Of a stretch of 64,000 nucleotides of DNA, positions 35,701-44,827 are shown in pieces. A model generated the notes under the pieces. It saw only the letters and a list, made by a program, of their open reading frames with translations, had not been told where the DNA came from and made no database searches. Position numbers and translations under genes: made by a program. The stretch's first letter is position 1. Each line of letters starts with the position of its first letter. Source of the stretch: an uncultured Alphaproteobacteria bacterium (GTDB taxonomy: Bacteria > Pseudomonadota > Alphaproteobacteria > Puniceispirillales > UBA1172); contig CALFYS010000117.1 of NCBI GenBank assembly GCA_937952245.1, forward strand, positions 25,544 through 89,543. The letters are read 5' to 3'.

Positions 35701-38573
35701 CGTGTGCCTCCTTTTTTCTCATCTTCGATAATTCGCAAACCATACCGCAGGGTCTGATCAGGCTTGCTGAGCCCTGCTGGTGACTGTTGAGGGGCAAAGT
35801 CAGGGAAGACCACTTCAGGTTCATCCGCGCTGGCCTTTTCAATATTGACCTTCAAATCATACCACGCGGCTTGGCCGGTGATCGGATCAGAATTCGCCCA
35901 ACGCAGCCCATCTCCTTTTGGTGGGAGCAATTCATGGATCAAATGGTTGAGCAAAAATCCTTTGCGGGATTCCGGCGCGTCTTCATCCAATTGCCATGCC
36001 CCACGGCGTTTGCCGATGGCGTTCCATGTCCAAACCGTGTTGGGGTTAACGCCTTCCATAATGGCAACAGGGACGCGGATACGGCCATGGTGTGAGGTCA
36101 CCCAAGCCCAATCGCCATCACTTAAGCCATGCTTTTCCGCCAACATCCCTGAAATAAACAGAGGGTTATGACCATGAATCTGGCGCAGCCATGGGTTCTG
36201 TGATCCCCATGAATGATACATCGCCATTGGCCGCTGGGTCAGGGCATAGATCGGGAATTCATCATCATCGGTCTGTTTGTCTTCAAACGGCTGATACCAT
36301 GATGGCAGCGGGGTGAAACAGGTTTTGATCTGCTCCCGCATATGTTCAGGCGGTTGAACATCACCATGGCCTTCGGCGGCCAATTTAAACTTTTGCAAGA
36401 CTTCGCTGTAAATCTGGAAAGTGTAAGGCTCAGGCTTATCAAAGAAGCCCATTTCAACGGCGAAATTCTGATAAGCCATATTGGCGTGTTTGAAATAAAG
36501 CGCGTCTTCGGGCAGATGCTTCATCCAGAAACCGCCGTTTTCAATGTAACGGTCGATCTGATTGGCGTTTGGCTCACCTCGGCCTTCATCATCGCCATTG
36601 CCGCGGAAACCTGAAAGCGGGCCAATCCCGGGCTTGCGCTGGTGATTGGTGATGTAATCCGCGTAATCTTTATATTTTGCGGTGCCATCTTCATTGGTCA
36701 TCCCCGGCAAGCCAAGGCGCGCCCCCAAATCAAGCAAGACCGATTGGAAACCGCGAACATCACGGTCAGGTTCAACCACCGGCCAGCGAATGGCATCGGC
36801 AACCGCTTCGGCTTCACAGATCGGGCGATCCAAAAGCGAAATACAGTCATGGCGTTCCAGATAAGTCGTGTCGGGCAGAATCAAATCAGCGAAAGCCACC
36901 ATCTCAGATGAATAGGCATCGGAATAAATGATTTTCGGGATTTTATATTCGCCCGTCTCAGGGTCTTTGTCGGTGAGCATTTCCATGACACCGCGGGTAT
37001 TCATGGATGAATTCCACGCCATATTCGCCATATACATGAACAAGACATCCACCGGATACGGATCACCAGCATGGGCGTTGGAGATCACCATATGCATCAA
37101 GCCATGGGCGGACATCGGCGCGTCCCATGAATAGGCTTTATCAATCCGTGTTGGATTGCCATCGCCATCCACCAGCATATCTTCAGGCCCCATCAAATAT
37201 CCCAATGGCGCGCCAGGCAGAGGTGTGTTGGGCTTAATCTGGTCAGGCTTACCAGCAGGGCGGGGGTGAATAGAGGCCGGCTTCGGGTAAGGCGGCTTAA
37301 AGCGGAAACCGCCCGGGCATTCAACACTGCCCAACATCAATTGCAGGACGTGCAACGCACGGCAGGTCTGAAAGCCGTTTGAATGGGCTGAAATCCCGCG
37401 CATGGCGTGCATGGAAACAGGCCGACCAATCATTTTGTCGTGCTTGTCGCCTTTCCAATCGGTCCAAGGCTGATTGATGGTGATGGTTTTTTCAAACGCG
37501 GCTTCGGCCAATTCCGCCGCCAATTTACGGACACGGGCGGCTGAAACGCCAGTTTTGGCTTCGGTCGCCTCAGGGCTTAATTCAGGCGTCATCCATTCTT
37601 CTGCCATCAAGGTGAAGGCCGGAACAGCAACACCGCCGGACTTAACTTTGACTTCGCCTTTAAGCTCAGGGGTGATGCCGCCTTTATTGGCAGGGACGGT
37701 CTTGCCGGTCTTGCGATCAATCACAAGAGCGTTGCCATCATCATCACGAAGGAACAGGCCATCATCGGCTTGCCCCGGGTTGCGAATAACCAGCCAAGGG
37801 GCGTTGGTGTAGCGGATCAGATAATCGACATCAATCTTGCCTGATTCCATCAACACTTGGATCAAGGATAGGATCAACAGCCCATCACTGCCCGGGGTGA
37901 TGCCAATCCAGTCATCGGCCACCGCGGAATACCCTGTTTGCACAGGATTGACGGAAATCGTCCGAACGCCGCGGTCTTTTAATTTGCCAAGGCCAATTTT
38001 GATGGGGTTGCTGTCATGGTCTTCGGCAACGCCAAAGAGCAGGAACAATTCAGTTTTTTCCCAATCCGGTGAGCCAAACTCCCAAAACGCGCCGCCGATG
38101 GTGTAGATGCCGCCCGCCGCCATATTGACCGAACAAAACCCGCCATGGGCAGCGAAATTGGGCGTGCCAAATTGTTGCGCCCACCAACCGGTAAGAGCTT
38201 GGGATTGGTCACGGCCTGTAAAGAACGCCAGTTTTTTCGGGTCATTGGCACGAACAGGACCCAGCCAATCGGTTGCGGTGCTGAGGGCTTCTTCCCATGA
38301 GATTTCAACAAATTCACCTGAACCACGAGGGCCAACCCGCTTTAATGGCGCCCGCAAACGTGCTGGCGAAAGATGCTGCATAATCCCCGCAGACCCTTTG
38401 GCGCAAAGAACCCCTTGGTTAACCGGGTGATCACGGTTGCCCTCGATATAGCGGATGTCATCACCTTTCATATGGACATTGATGCCACAACGACAGGCGC
38501 ACATATAACACGTGGTCTTGGCAACGCGATCGGCGCTTGCCGGTGATGTATTGATCTTCGGCTGTTTAGACAT
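35697..38573 (-). CDS. soeA: molybdopterin (bis-MGD) oxidoreductase catalytic subunit without Tat signal, candidate cytoplasmic sulfite dehydrogenase SoeA
   Basis: N-terminal FeS motif CYMCACRCGINVH..C. About 958 aa from ATG 38573 (GGGGA upstream), with no twin-arginine motif. The longer ORF to 38744 would overlap pta. Confidence 0.65.
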   Translation of the reverse strand: MSKQPKINTSPASADRVAKTTCYMCACRCGINVHMKGDDIRYIEGNRDHPVNQGVLCAKGSAGIMQHLSPARLRAPLKRVGPRGSGEFVEISWEEALSTATDWLGPVRANDPKKLAFFTGRDQSQALTGWWAQQFGTPNFAAHGGFCSVNMAAGGIYTIGGAFWEFGSPDWEKTELFLLFGVAEDHDSNPIKIGLGKLKDRGVRTISVNPVQTGYSAVADDWIGITPGSDGLLILSLIQVLMESGKIDVDYLIRYTNAPWLVIRNPGQADDGLFLRDDDGNALVIDRKTGKTVPANKGGITPELKGEVKVKSGGVAVPAFTLMAEEWMTPELSPEATEAKTGVSAARVRKLAAELAEAAFEKTITINQPWTDWKGDKHDKMIGRPVSMHAMRGISAHSNGFQTCRALHVLQLMLGSVECPGGFRFKPPYPKPASIHPRPAGKPDQIKPNTPLPGAPLGYLMGPEDMLVDGDGNPTRIDKAYSWDAPMSAHGLMHMVISNAHAGDPYPVDVLFMYMANMAWNSSMNTRGVMEMLTDKDPETGEYKIPKIIYSDAYSSEMVAFADLILPDTTYLERHDCISLLDRPICEAEAVADAIRWPVVEPDRDVRGFQSVLLDLGARLGLPGMTNEDGTAKYKDYADYITNHQRKPGIGPLSGFRGNGDDEGRGEPNANQIDRYIENGGFWMKHLPEDALYFKHANMAYQNFAVEMGFFDKPEPYTFQIYSEVLQKFKLAAEGHGDVQPPEHMREQIKTCFTPLPSWYQPFEDKQTDDDEFPIYALTQRPMAMYHSWGSQNPWLRQIHGHNPLFISGMLAEKHGLSDGDWAWVTSHHGRIRVPVAIMEGVNPNTVWTWNAIGKRRGAWQLDEDAPESRKGFLLNHLIHELLPPKGDGLRWANSDPITGQAAWYDLKVNIEKASADEPEVVFPDFAPQQSPAGLSKPDQTLRYGLRIIEDEKKGGTR

Positions 38574-38598
38574 GATTAATCCCCGAGGACAGGTTGAA

Positions 38599-39528
38599 TT
38601 AACATAGCGCGGCGAGCGCGATTGAAGCCAGTCGTGATTCAGCACTATCAGCACGGCTGGTAAGAATAATTGGCACTTTACCGCCCACCACCACACCGGC
38701 GGCACAGGCGGCGTTATGCCAGACCATTGATTTAAAGAGCACATTGCCGGAGGTGATCTCAGGCATCACAAGGGCATCGGCATAACCGGCAACAGGGTTG
38801 TCTTTCATCCCTTTGATGCTGACGGCTTCTGGCGACATGGCCAGATCAAAGGACAACGGCCCGCTGACCAAAGCGCCGGTGATATTATCCTGCGCCCAAT
38901 CGTTTAAATCTTTCGCTTCCATGGATGATGGCACCGAGGCGATCGGTGTTTCGGTGGCGGAAATAATTGCGATTTTTGGGGTTTCGATCCCCAAAGCCTT
39001 AGCGGTGCTGGCAAGGCTGATCAACATTTGCTGGCGGGTTTTGACATCAGGGGTGACATTAACCGCACCATCGCTGATCAAAATTGGTGAGCCGCCATCA
39101 GGGTGGAACATGGCAAAGATATGCACCATGCGATCAGAACCTCTGATCCCCGCTTCACGGCTGACAATCCCGCCCATGAACACATCAGAATGAAGATGAC
39201 CTTTCATCAACGCGTCCGCCCCACCATTGCGCGTCAGGGCGGTGGCATGGTCAATCGCGCCTTTTTCACCCGAGCTGTCATGAATGGCGATGCCGGTTAA
39301 ATCCCAATCAATGGCGGCGGCTTCTTTTTTGATTAAATCCGCTTCACCAATCAGGATTGGGGTGGCGATGCCTTCTTCATAGGCTTGTTTGGCGGTTTGA
39401 ATAGGCAATGGGGCAGACGCGCGAACAACCGCAAGGCGCATGGGTTCAGGCCTTGCCGCGCGGGCACGATCAAGCAAATCGGTCGGGCAGACCGGTGAAT
39501 TTTTGGATAAAAATGCTGAACCAGACAT
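38599..39528 (-). CDS. pta: phosphate acetyltransferase (short form, phosphate acetyl/butyryl transferase family)
   Basis: 309 aa. The ...PILIGE...IHDS and GADALMKGHLHSD motifs are typical of the PTA_PTB family. Located between tauR and the soe-like genes. Confidence 0.7.
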   Translation of the reverse strand: MSGSAFLSKNSPVCPTDLLDRARAARPEPMRLAVVRASAPLPIQTAKQAYEEGIATPILIGEADLIKKEAAAIDWDLTGIAIHDSSGEKGAIDHATALTRNGGADALMKGHLHSDVFMGGIVSREAGIRGSDRMVHIFAMFHPDGGSPILISDGAVNVTPDVKTRQQMLISLASTAKALGIETPKIAIISATETPIASVPSSMEAKDLNDWAQDNITGALVSGPLSFDLAMSPEAVSIKGMKDNPVAGYADALVMPEITSGNVLFKSMVWHNAACAAGVVVGGKVPIILTSRADSAESRLASIALAALC

Positions 39529-39638
39529 GGTACTTCCACCCCAATGAGAATCTTATATTTGTGATGTCACACTCTAGCATTAATCAATATTAACGCCATA
39601 AGATCAACACCATAATGCCCCTATGTGGCAATTGTGCC

Positions 39639-39670
39639 ATAGAACCAGATCAAGACAAGGTTAGGTCCAG
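39639..39670 (-). promoter_or_regulatory. direct repeat pair CTGGACCTAA-N12-CTGGTTCTAT (22-bp register), candidate TauR (MocR) operator of the pta-soe promoter
   Basis: Read on the minus strand, 111-142 nt upstream of the pta start. The same motif and the same 22-bp spacing occur upstream of the aminotransferase gene at 41247-41278. Confidence 0.5.
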
Positions 39671-39684
39671 ATGAAAACGCGGGA

Positions 39685-41181
39685 TCAGGGTGATGGTTTT
39701 AACGCCGTGACGCAGCCCACCAGTTTTTCAAACCCATCATTGATTTTATCTTCATGGATCGAAGAATAGGCCATGCGGAAATAATTTTGCGGCGGGGTTT
39801 TGGCGTTAAAGAAATGATGGCCGGGTTCAACCAAGATGCTTTGTTCCGCGGCTTTTTCAGCAAGAATACGGGCGTCGAGCCATTCCGGACCTTTGATCCA
39901 GAAACTCGTGCCACCAAAATGCGCGCCTGTTTCTTCCAGAAGGCCTTCTTTTTCAAGATTGTCATGCAGAATTTTGCGGCGGTTGCTGAAATGCCTTCTG
40001 AGGCGTTTGATCTGGGCATCATAATGGCCAAGCGCCATGAAATAAGCGGCGGTGCGCTGGGTTTGACCAGGGGGATGCCGCAACATCAAATGCCGCAACG
40101 AGCGGGCTTCTTCGATCAATTGTTCCGAGGCGACCAAATACCCCAAGCGCAACCCCGGGAATAAGGATTTGGAAAAACTGCCGACATAAATCACATGGCC
40201 GCTATCATCCATGGATTTGAGGGCAGGCGAGGGGGCTTCGATGAAATTCATCTCAAATTCATAGTCATCTTCCACCACCAAGACATCATGTTCTTGGGCT
40301 AATGCCAGCAGGTTTTTCCGCCGTTCACGGCTGAGGGTTGCGGTGGTGGGGCATTGGTGGCTGGGGGTGACAATCACCATATCTGATGATGCGATCACTT
40401 GGTCATCAATAATGATGCCGTCATCATCAACGGGCAGGGTTTGGATATGATTGGTATGACGTTTCAGCAATTCCCTAAGGTCAGGATAGAACGGGTCTTC
40501 GATCACGACTTTTTTGTCTTGATTGACCAGCAATTGTATCAGCAAGAATAGGGCGTTTTGCGCCCCCATGGTGACAAGAATCTGTGATGGTTTTACTTGG
40601 ATGCCACGGCGGGGCAAACTGTGGGAGCAAATGTAATCAACCAAAAGCGGGTCATCATTATAGCCAAAATCCCCGGCGGTGATGCCAAAATCCCTGATGC
40701 CAAGAGCTTGGCGGGCGCAATCACGCCATTCGGAATGGGAAAACAAAGTGGAATCCGCTTGCCCATAATTAAAGGGAAAATCATATTCGCGCCAGTTCAG
40801 CGGCTTGCTGATGATATTGAGCGTCGATGGTTTTTGGACAAATTTATCAATCCATTTCACCTGATCATCGCTTGGCGGGGATACGCTTTCTGGAATCTGG
40901 CCAACAGGGGCTTCGGGGCTGACGATAAAGCCGGAACGGTCTTTTGGTTCGATATAGCCGCTGTCGGTTAACGCCTGATACGCCAGAATAACAGTGTTGC
41001 GTGAGACATCCAGTTGTTCACAAAGAACACGGGTGGATGGCAAGGCATCCCCGGGCATTAAACTCCGGTTCAGGATTGCCCTGACAAAAAATTCTCTGAT
41101 TTGGGTCTGTTTTGATGCCGATTGCGTGGTGTCAATCTGGAATAAAACAGGACTATAACCTTTGTTCATATTGGGGTTCAT
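39685..41181 (-). CDS. tauR: MocR-type GntR family transcriptional regulator with aminotransferase-like domain, candidate TauR
   Basis: N-terminal GntR wHTH (LPSTRVLCEQLDVSRNTVILAYQALTDSGYI) and a fold type I aminotransferase domain of about 380 aa (SFSKSLFPGLRLGY, carrying the PLP lysine). Divergent from the aminotransferase and tauABC genes. Confidence 0.7.
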   Translation of the reverse strand: MNPNMNKGYSPVLFQIDTTQSASKQTQIREFFVRAILNRSLMPGDALPSTRVLCEQLDVSRNTVILAYQALTDSGYIEPKDRSGFIVSPEAPVGQIPESVSPPSDDQVKWIDKFVQKPSTLNIISKPLNWREYDFPFNYGQADSTLFSHSEWRDCARQALGIRDFGITAGDFGYNDDPLLVDYICSHSLPRRGIQVKPSQILVTMGAQNALFLLIQLLVNQDKKVVIEDPFYPDLRELLKRHTNHIQTLPVDDDGIIIDDQVIASSDMVIVTPSHQCPTTATLSRERRKNLLALAQEHDVLVVEDDYEFEMNFIEAPSPALKSMDDSGHVIYVGSFSKSLFPGLRLGYLVASEQLIEEARSLRHLMLRHPPGQTQRTAAYFMALGHYDAQIKRLRRHFSNRRKILHDNLEKEGLLEETGAHFGGTSFWIKGPEWLDARILAEKAAEQSILVEPGHHFFNAKTPPQNYFRMAYSSIHEDKINDGFEKLVGCVTALKPSP

Positions 41182-41246
41182 ACCAGAGTCCCTATTGGAG
41201 TTCCTATTGGCCTATCATGGAGCCAGCATAATCGGAAAAAGATCAT

Positions 41247-41278
41247 CTGGCACTAAAAAATGAAATGACTGGACCTAT
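41247..41278 (+). promoter_or_regulatory. direct repeat pair CTGGCACTAA-N12-CTGGACCTAT (22-bp register), candidate TauR operator of the aminotransferase/tauABC promoter
   Basis: Read directly from the sequence, 122-153 nt upstream of ATG 41400. Matches the pair at 39639-39670 in motif, orientation relative to the gene, and spacing. Confidence 0.5.
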
Positions 41279-41399
41279 TTTTGTTCACATTTAATAGATA
41301 CGGTTTTTAATAGGGTTATATGCCCGACTGAATTTATGAACATCACAATTCAACTTGGTTCCATTTTAGGAGCCCCAAGCGAAACGGGGAGGTTTGATC

Positions 41400-42716
41400 A
41401 TGCCGTTTGAGACAAATTCACTTGAAGAGCATTGGATGCCATTTTCAGGCAACCGTGACTTTAAAGCCAACCCACGTTTGGTGGTTAAGTCAGAAGGTAT
41501 GTATTGCTGGGATTACAAAGGCGGCAAGCTGATCGACGGGTCATCAGGCCTGTTCTGTTGCCCTGCTGGCCATGGTCGTCGTGAAATCGCGGACGCGGTT
41601 CATGCCCAGATGATCGAAAACGATTACACCCCGCATTTCCAGTTGGGTCACCCCGGGTCATTTGAATTGGCCGAACGTGTTGCGCGTATCCTGCCTGAAC
41701 CGATGAACCATGTGTTCTTCACCAACTCAGGGTCAGAATCAGTTGATACCGCCATGAAGATTGCTTTGGCGTATCACCGCGCCCGTGGCGATGGCCAGCG
41801 GACACGTTTTGTCAGCCGTGAACGTGCTTACCATGGTGTGAATATGGGTGGTGTTTCTCTGGCGGGGATGGTGAAGAACCGCGAGACCTTTAACCTGACC
41901 TTGCCGAATATCTCACATATTCGTCATACCTATACCGATGATCATGCCTTCGTTAAAGGCCAGCCTGAAACAGGGGCTGATTTGGCGGATGATCTGCAGC
42001 GCATTTGTGAAAACTTTGGTGGCTCAACCGTTGCCGCTGTTTTCATTGAACCTGTTGCGGGGTCAACCGGAACATTGGTGCCGCCAAAAGGTTACCTTGA
42101 GCGCATCCGCAAGATTTGTGATGAACATGGCATCCTGATGATTTTCGATGAAGTGATCACCGGTTTTGGCCGCATGGGGACAGCCTTTGGCGCGCATAAA
42201 TTTGGTGTCACGCCGGATATTGCAACCATGGCGAAAGCTCTGACCAATGGCGCGATCCCAATGGGCGCGGTTGCGGTTAAAGATGAAATCTATGAAACCG
42301 TCACCAACGCATCGCCTGAAAACGCCATTGAGTTTTTCCATGGTTATACGTATTCCGCTCACCCAGCGGCTTGCGCGGCGGGTATCGCGACCCAGAAAAT
42401 CTATGAAGAAGAAGGTTTGTTTGACCGTGCCGCTGAAATGGAATCTTACTTCCTTGACGCGATTTGGTCATTGAAAGACCACCCAATGGTCAAAGACCTT
42501 CGCGGTATCGGCATGATGGCTGGCGTTGAAGTGCACCATGATGGTGTGCCGGGGCGTCGTGGCCAGCAAATGCAGAAAGATATGTTCTGGAACGGAATGC
42601 ATATCAAATTCACCGGTGATAACGCGATTGTTGCGCCTGCCTTTATTGCTGAACGTCAGCATATTGATGAGATTGTTGATAAGTTCCGCAAAACACTTGA
42701 CCAGCATATGGACTAA
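41400..42716 (+). CDS. class III aminotransferase (omega-amino acid:pyruvate type), candidate taurine:pyruvate aminotransferase
   Basis: HWMPFSGNRDFKANPRLVV...GLFCCPAGHGRREI resembles beta-alanine/omega-amino acid:pyruvate transaminases. GGGAGG lies 7 nt before the ATG. Context includes tauR and tauABC. Confidence 0.7.
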   Translation: MPFETNSLEEHWMPFSGNRDFKANPRLVVKSEGMYCWDYKGGKLIDGSSGLFCCPAGHGRREIADAVHAQMIENDYTPHFQLGHPGSFELAERVARILPEPMNHVFFTNSGSESVDTAMKIALAYHRARGDGQRTRFVSRERAYHGVNMGGVSLAGMVKNRETFNLTLPNISHIRHTYTDDHAFVKGQPETGADLADDLQRICENFGGSTVAAVFIEPVAGSTGTLVPPKGYLERIRKICDEHGILMIFDEVITGFGRMGTAFGAHKFGVTPDIATMAKALTNGAIPMGAVAVKDEIYETVTNASPENAIEFFHGYTYSAHPAACAAGIATQKIYEEEGLFDRAAEMESYFLDAIWSLKDHPMVKDLRGIGMMAGVEVHHDGVPGRRGQQMQKDMFWNGMHIKFTGDNAIVAPAFIAERQHIDEIVDKFRKTLDQHMD

Positions 42717-42766
42717 AACAGGCAGATTTAGGGGTGATTTAAAGCCTCTCTATCCACCAGATATTA

Positions 42767-42796
42767 AGGCCACCTTCGGGTGGCCTTTTTGTTTTT
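42767..42796 (+). terminator. rho-independent terminator or attenuator after the aminotransferase gene
   Basis: AGGCCACCTTCGGGTGGCCT hairpin followed by TTTTGTTTTT. Confidence 0.7.
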
Positions 42797-42968
42797 GATG
42801 CAAATCCATCATTCAAAAAACCCTGTGGTGAAATAAATTGCTAAATTGTTTAAAAACAATGGTTTAGCATTTAAAAAAACCTTTGCCCATTGGCTCAAAA
42901 AGTGCAAAGGTAATTATCAGAAGCAATTCATGCTTATAAAAAGAGGACCAAGTTTAGGGAGACTCCTT

Positions 42969-43949
42969 ATGAAAAAAACCGTAAAAACTGCTGTTGCTGG
43001 TGTTGTTGGCGCCGTAATGGCTGGTAGCGCGAGCATTGCCGCTGCTGCTGATTCCGTTAATGTTGCATTCTTCTTGGAATGGGCGACACCAAACCAGATT
43101 GCTAAAGTCGATAAAGCTTATGACGACGCCATGGGTGTTGATGTCAACTGGACAGACTTCTCAACTGGTGTTGCGATGACTGAAGCCATGTTGGCTGGCG
43201 ATATTGACATTGCGTATTCGCAAGGTCTGGCGCCATTCGTAACCGCTGTCCGTCAGGGCGCGCCATTGAAGATGGTTTCCATCGCCGTTGTCTATGAAGC
43301 CAATGACTGTTTCGTTGGAAACAGCTTGGGTATTTCATCATCAAACGCTTCAGAACTTGAAGGCAAGACCGTTGCTGTTCCTTTGAACACCATGGCTGAC
43401 TTCTCATTCCGCAAGCAGATGGCGGCATTGGGTGTTGATACATCAACAATGACAATCGTCGATCAGGCGCCTGCTGATGGTGCTGTATCATTGGCTGATG
43501 GTTCTGTTGCCATGGCTTGTATCTTTGGTGGTGCTTCCGCTAAAGCTGCTGGCGAAGTCGGCACACCAATCATGAGCTCACAGGAAAAAGTTGACGCTGG
43601 CATCGGTTCATTTGACGTTGTGTCTGTGACTGAAAAGTTCGCGACTGAAAACCCAGGTCTGCTGGAAACATTCCTTGAAGTCACCCATGAAGCTAACGCC
43701 AACTGGACAGGTTCTGATGCTCAGATCCGTAAGGTTGCTGCTGATGCCGGTATGGATTTCGAAACAACCAAAAACCAGATGTCTGGCTTTATCTTCCCAA
43801 CAGTGGAAGAGCAGAAGGCTCAGTACTTTGGCGATGGTGGTATTGCAAGCGCGGCTGCTGAATCACTCGGTGCTGTCTTCACCAAGACCAACATCTCAAA
43901 CTACAGCGGCTCATTGGCCAGAACCATTGACGGTTCATACCTGAACTAA
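42969..43949 (+). CDS. tauA: ABC transporter substrate-binding protein, NMT1/taurine (TauA) family
   Basis: Signal peptide (MKKTVKTAVAGVVGAVMAGSASIAAA) and an NitT/TauT family SBP fold. Followed by matching ATPase and permease genes. GGGAGA lies upstream of ATG 42969. Confidence 0.65.
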   Translation: MKKTVKTAVAGVVGAVMAGSASIAAAADSVNVAFFLEWATPNQIAKVDKAYDDAMGVDVNWTDFSTGVAMTEAMLAGDIDIAYSQGLAPFVTAVRQGAPLKMVSIAVVYEANDCFVGNSLGISSSNASELEGKTVAVPLNTMADFSFRKQMAALGVDTSTMTIVDQAPADGAVSLADGSVAMACIFGGASAKAAGEVGTPIMSSQEKVDAGIGSFDVVSVTEKFATENPGLLETFLEVTHEANANWTGSDAQIRKVAADAGMDFETTKNQMSGFIFPTVEEQKAQYFGDGGIASAAAESLGAVFTKTNISNYSGSLARTIDGSYLN

Positions 43950-43971
43950 GTTCAGGCAAAACAACACGATG

Positions 43972-43996
43972 GCAAGGCCCTTTTTGAGGGCCTTGC
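43972..43996 (+). other. intercistronic stem-loop after the binding-protein gene
   Basis: GCAAGGCCC-TTTTTGA-GGGCCTTGC forms a perfect 9-bp stem with a weak T tract. This is typical of mRNA-stabilising hairpins after ABC SBP genes. Confidence 0.5.
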
Positions 43997-44029
43997 TTCA
44001 TTTGGGGAAAAAGTTAAAGAAGAATTAAA

Positions 44030-44827
44030 ATGTCAGACCTAATCTGTAGTGATCTTTGTATGACCTTTACCAACCCTCAAACAGGGGGAAAGGTTGAAGC
44101 GCTCAAAGATATTAATTTTTCGCTTAAGCAAGGGGAATTATTGTCGGTGCTGGGGCCATCTGGTTGCGGCAAGACAACCTTGCTGAATATGGTCGCTGGG
44201 TTTATCAACCCAACGTCGGGGCAATTGGAGCTTGGCGGCAAGCGCATTGAAAGCCCGGGGGTTGAACGCGGCATGGTTTTCCAGCAGGGCGCTTTATTTG
44301 AATGGCTGCCCGTTGCGCGCAATGTTGATTTTGGCCTGCGCATGAAAAAAATGGACGCTGAAGAAAGCGAAGCCTTGGTTGAAAAATGGCTCAATATCGT
44401 GGGGCTTGCTGGCTTTGGTGATACGCCGACCTATCAATTGTCAGGGGGGATGCAGCAGCGTGTGGCGCTGGCCCGTTGTTTGGTCAATGACCCTGATCTG
44501 ATTTTGATGGATGAACCTTTGGGCGCGCTGGATGCGCTGACCCGTGAAAAGATGCAATCGTTGATCCTTGAATTATGGAAAGAAACAGGCAAGACCATCA
44601 TTATTATTACCCATTCTGTTGAAGAAGCCCTGTTGCTTGGGGAGCGCTTGTTTGTGATGGCGCCACGGCCAGGGCGGATTTACAAAGAATATAATTTGCC
44701 CTTCGCTGAACAGGGATTGACCAATTCCCTGCGCGACATCAAACAGCAGGCTGATTTCGGCAAAGTCCGTGAAGAAATCCTGACCATGATCTGGGATATG
44801 GAAGAGGAGATTATGGGCAATGTTTGA
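44030..44827 (+). CDS. tauB: ABC transporter ATP-binding protein (taurine/sulfonate/nitrate family)
   Basis: Walker A GPSGCGKTT, signature LSGGMQQRV and Walker B LILMDEP. 265 aa. Confidence 0.7.
   Translation: MSDLICSDLCMTFTNPQTGGKVEALKDINFSLKQGELLSVLGPSGCGKTTLLNMVAGFINPTSGQLELGGKRIESPGVERGMVFQQGALFEWLPVARNVDFGLRMKKMDAEESEALVEKWLNIVGLAGFGDTPTYQLSGGMQQRVALARCLVNDPDLILMDEPLGALDALTREKMQSLILELWKETGKTIIIITHSVEEALLLGERLFVMAPRPGRIYKEYNLPFAEQGLTNSLRDIKQQADFGKVREEILTMIWDMEEEIMGNV

Noticed and set aside
35697-38573. The molybdoenzyme as a periplasmic DMSO/TMAO-type reductase.
   Set aside because: There is no twin-arginine signal on the catalytic or FeS subunit. The context with pta, tauR and the taurine genes fits a cytoplasm-facing Soe-type sulfite dehydrogenase better.
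38574-38744. An N-terminal extension of the molybdoenzyme ORF (1015 aa version).
   Set aside because: The extension would overlap the 3' end of pta by about 145 nt and encodes a Trp/Pro-rich segment with no signal-peptide character. ATG 38573 has a GGGGA Shine-Dalgarno sequence and yields the expected Cys-cluster N-terminus.
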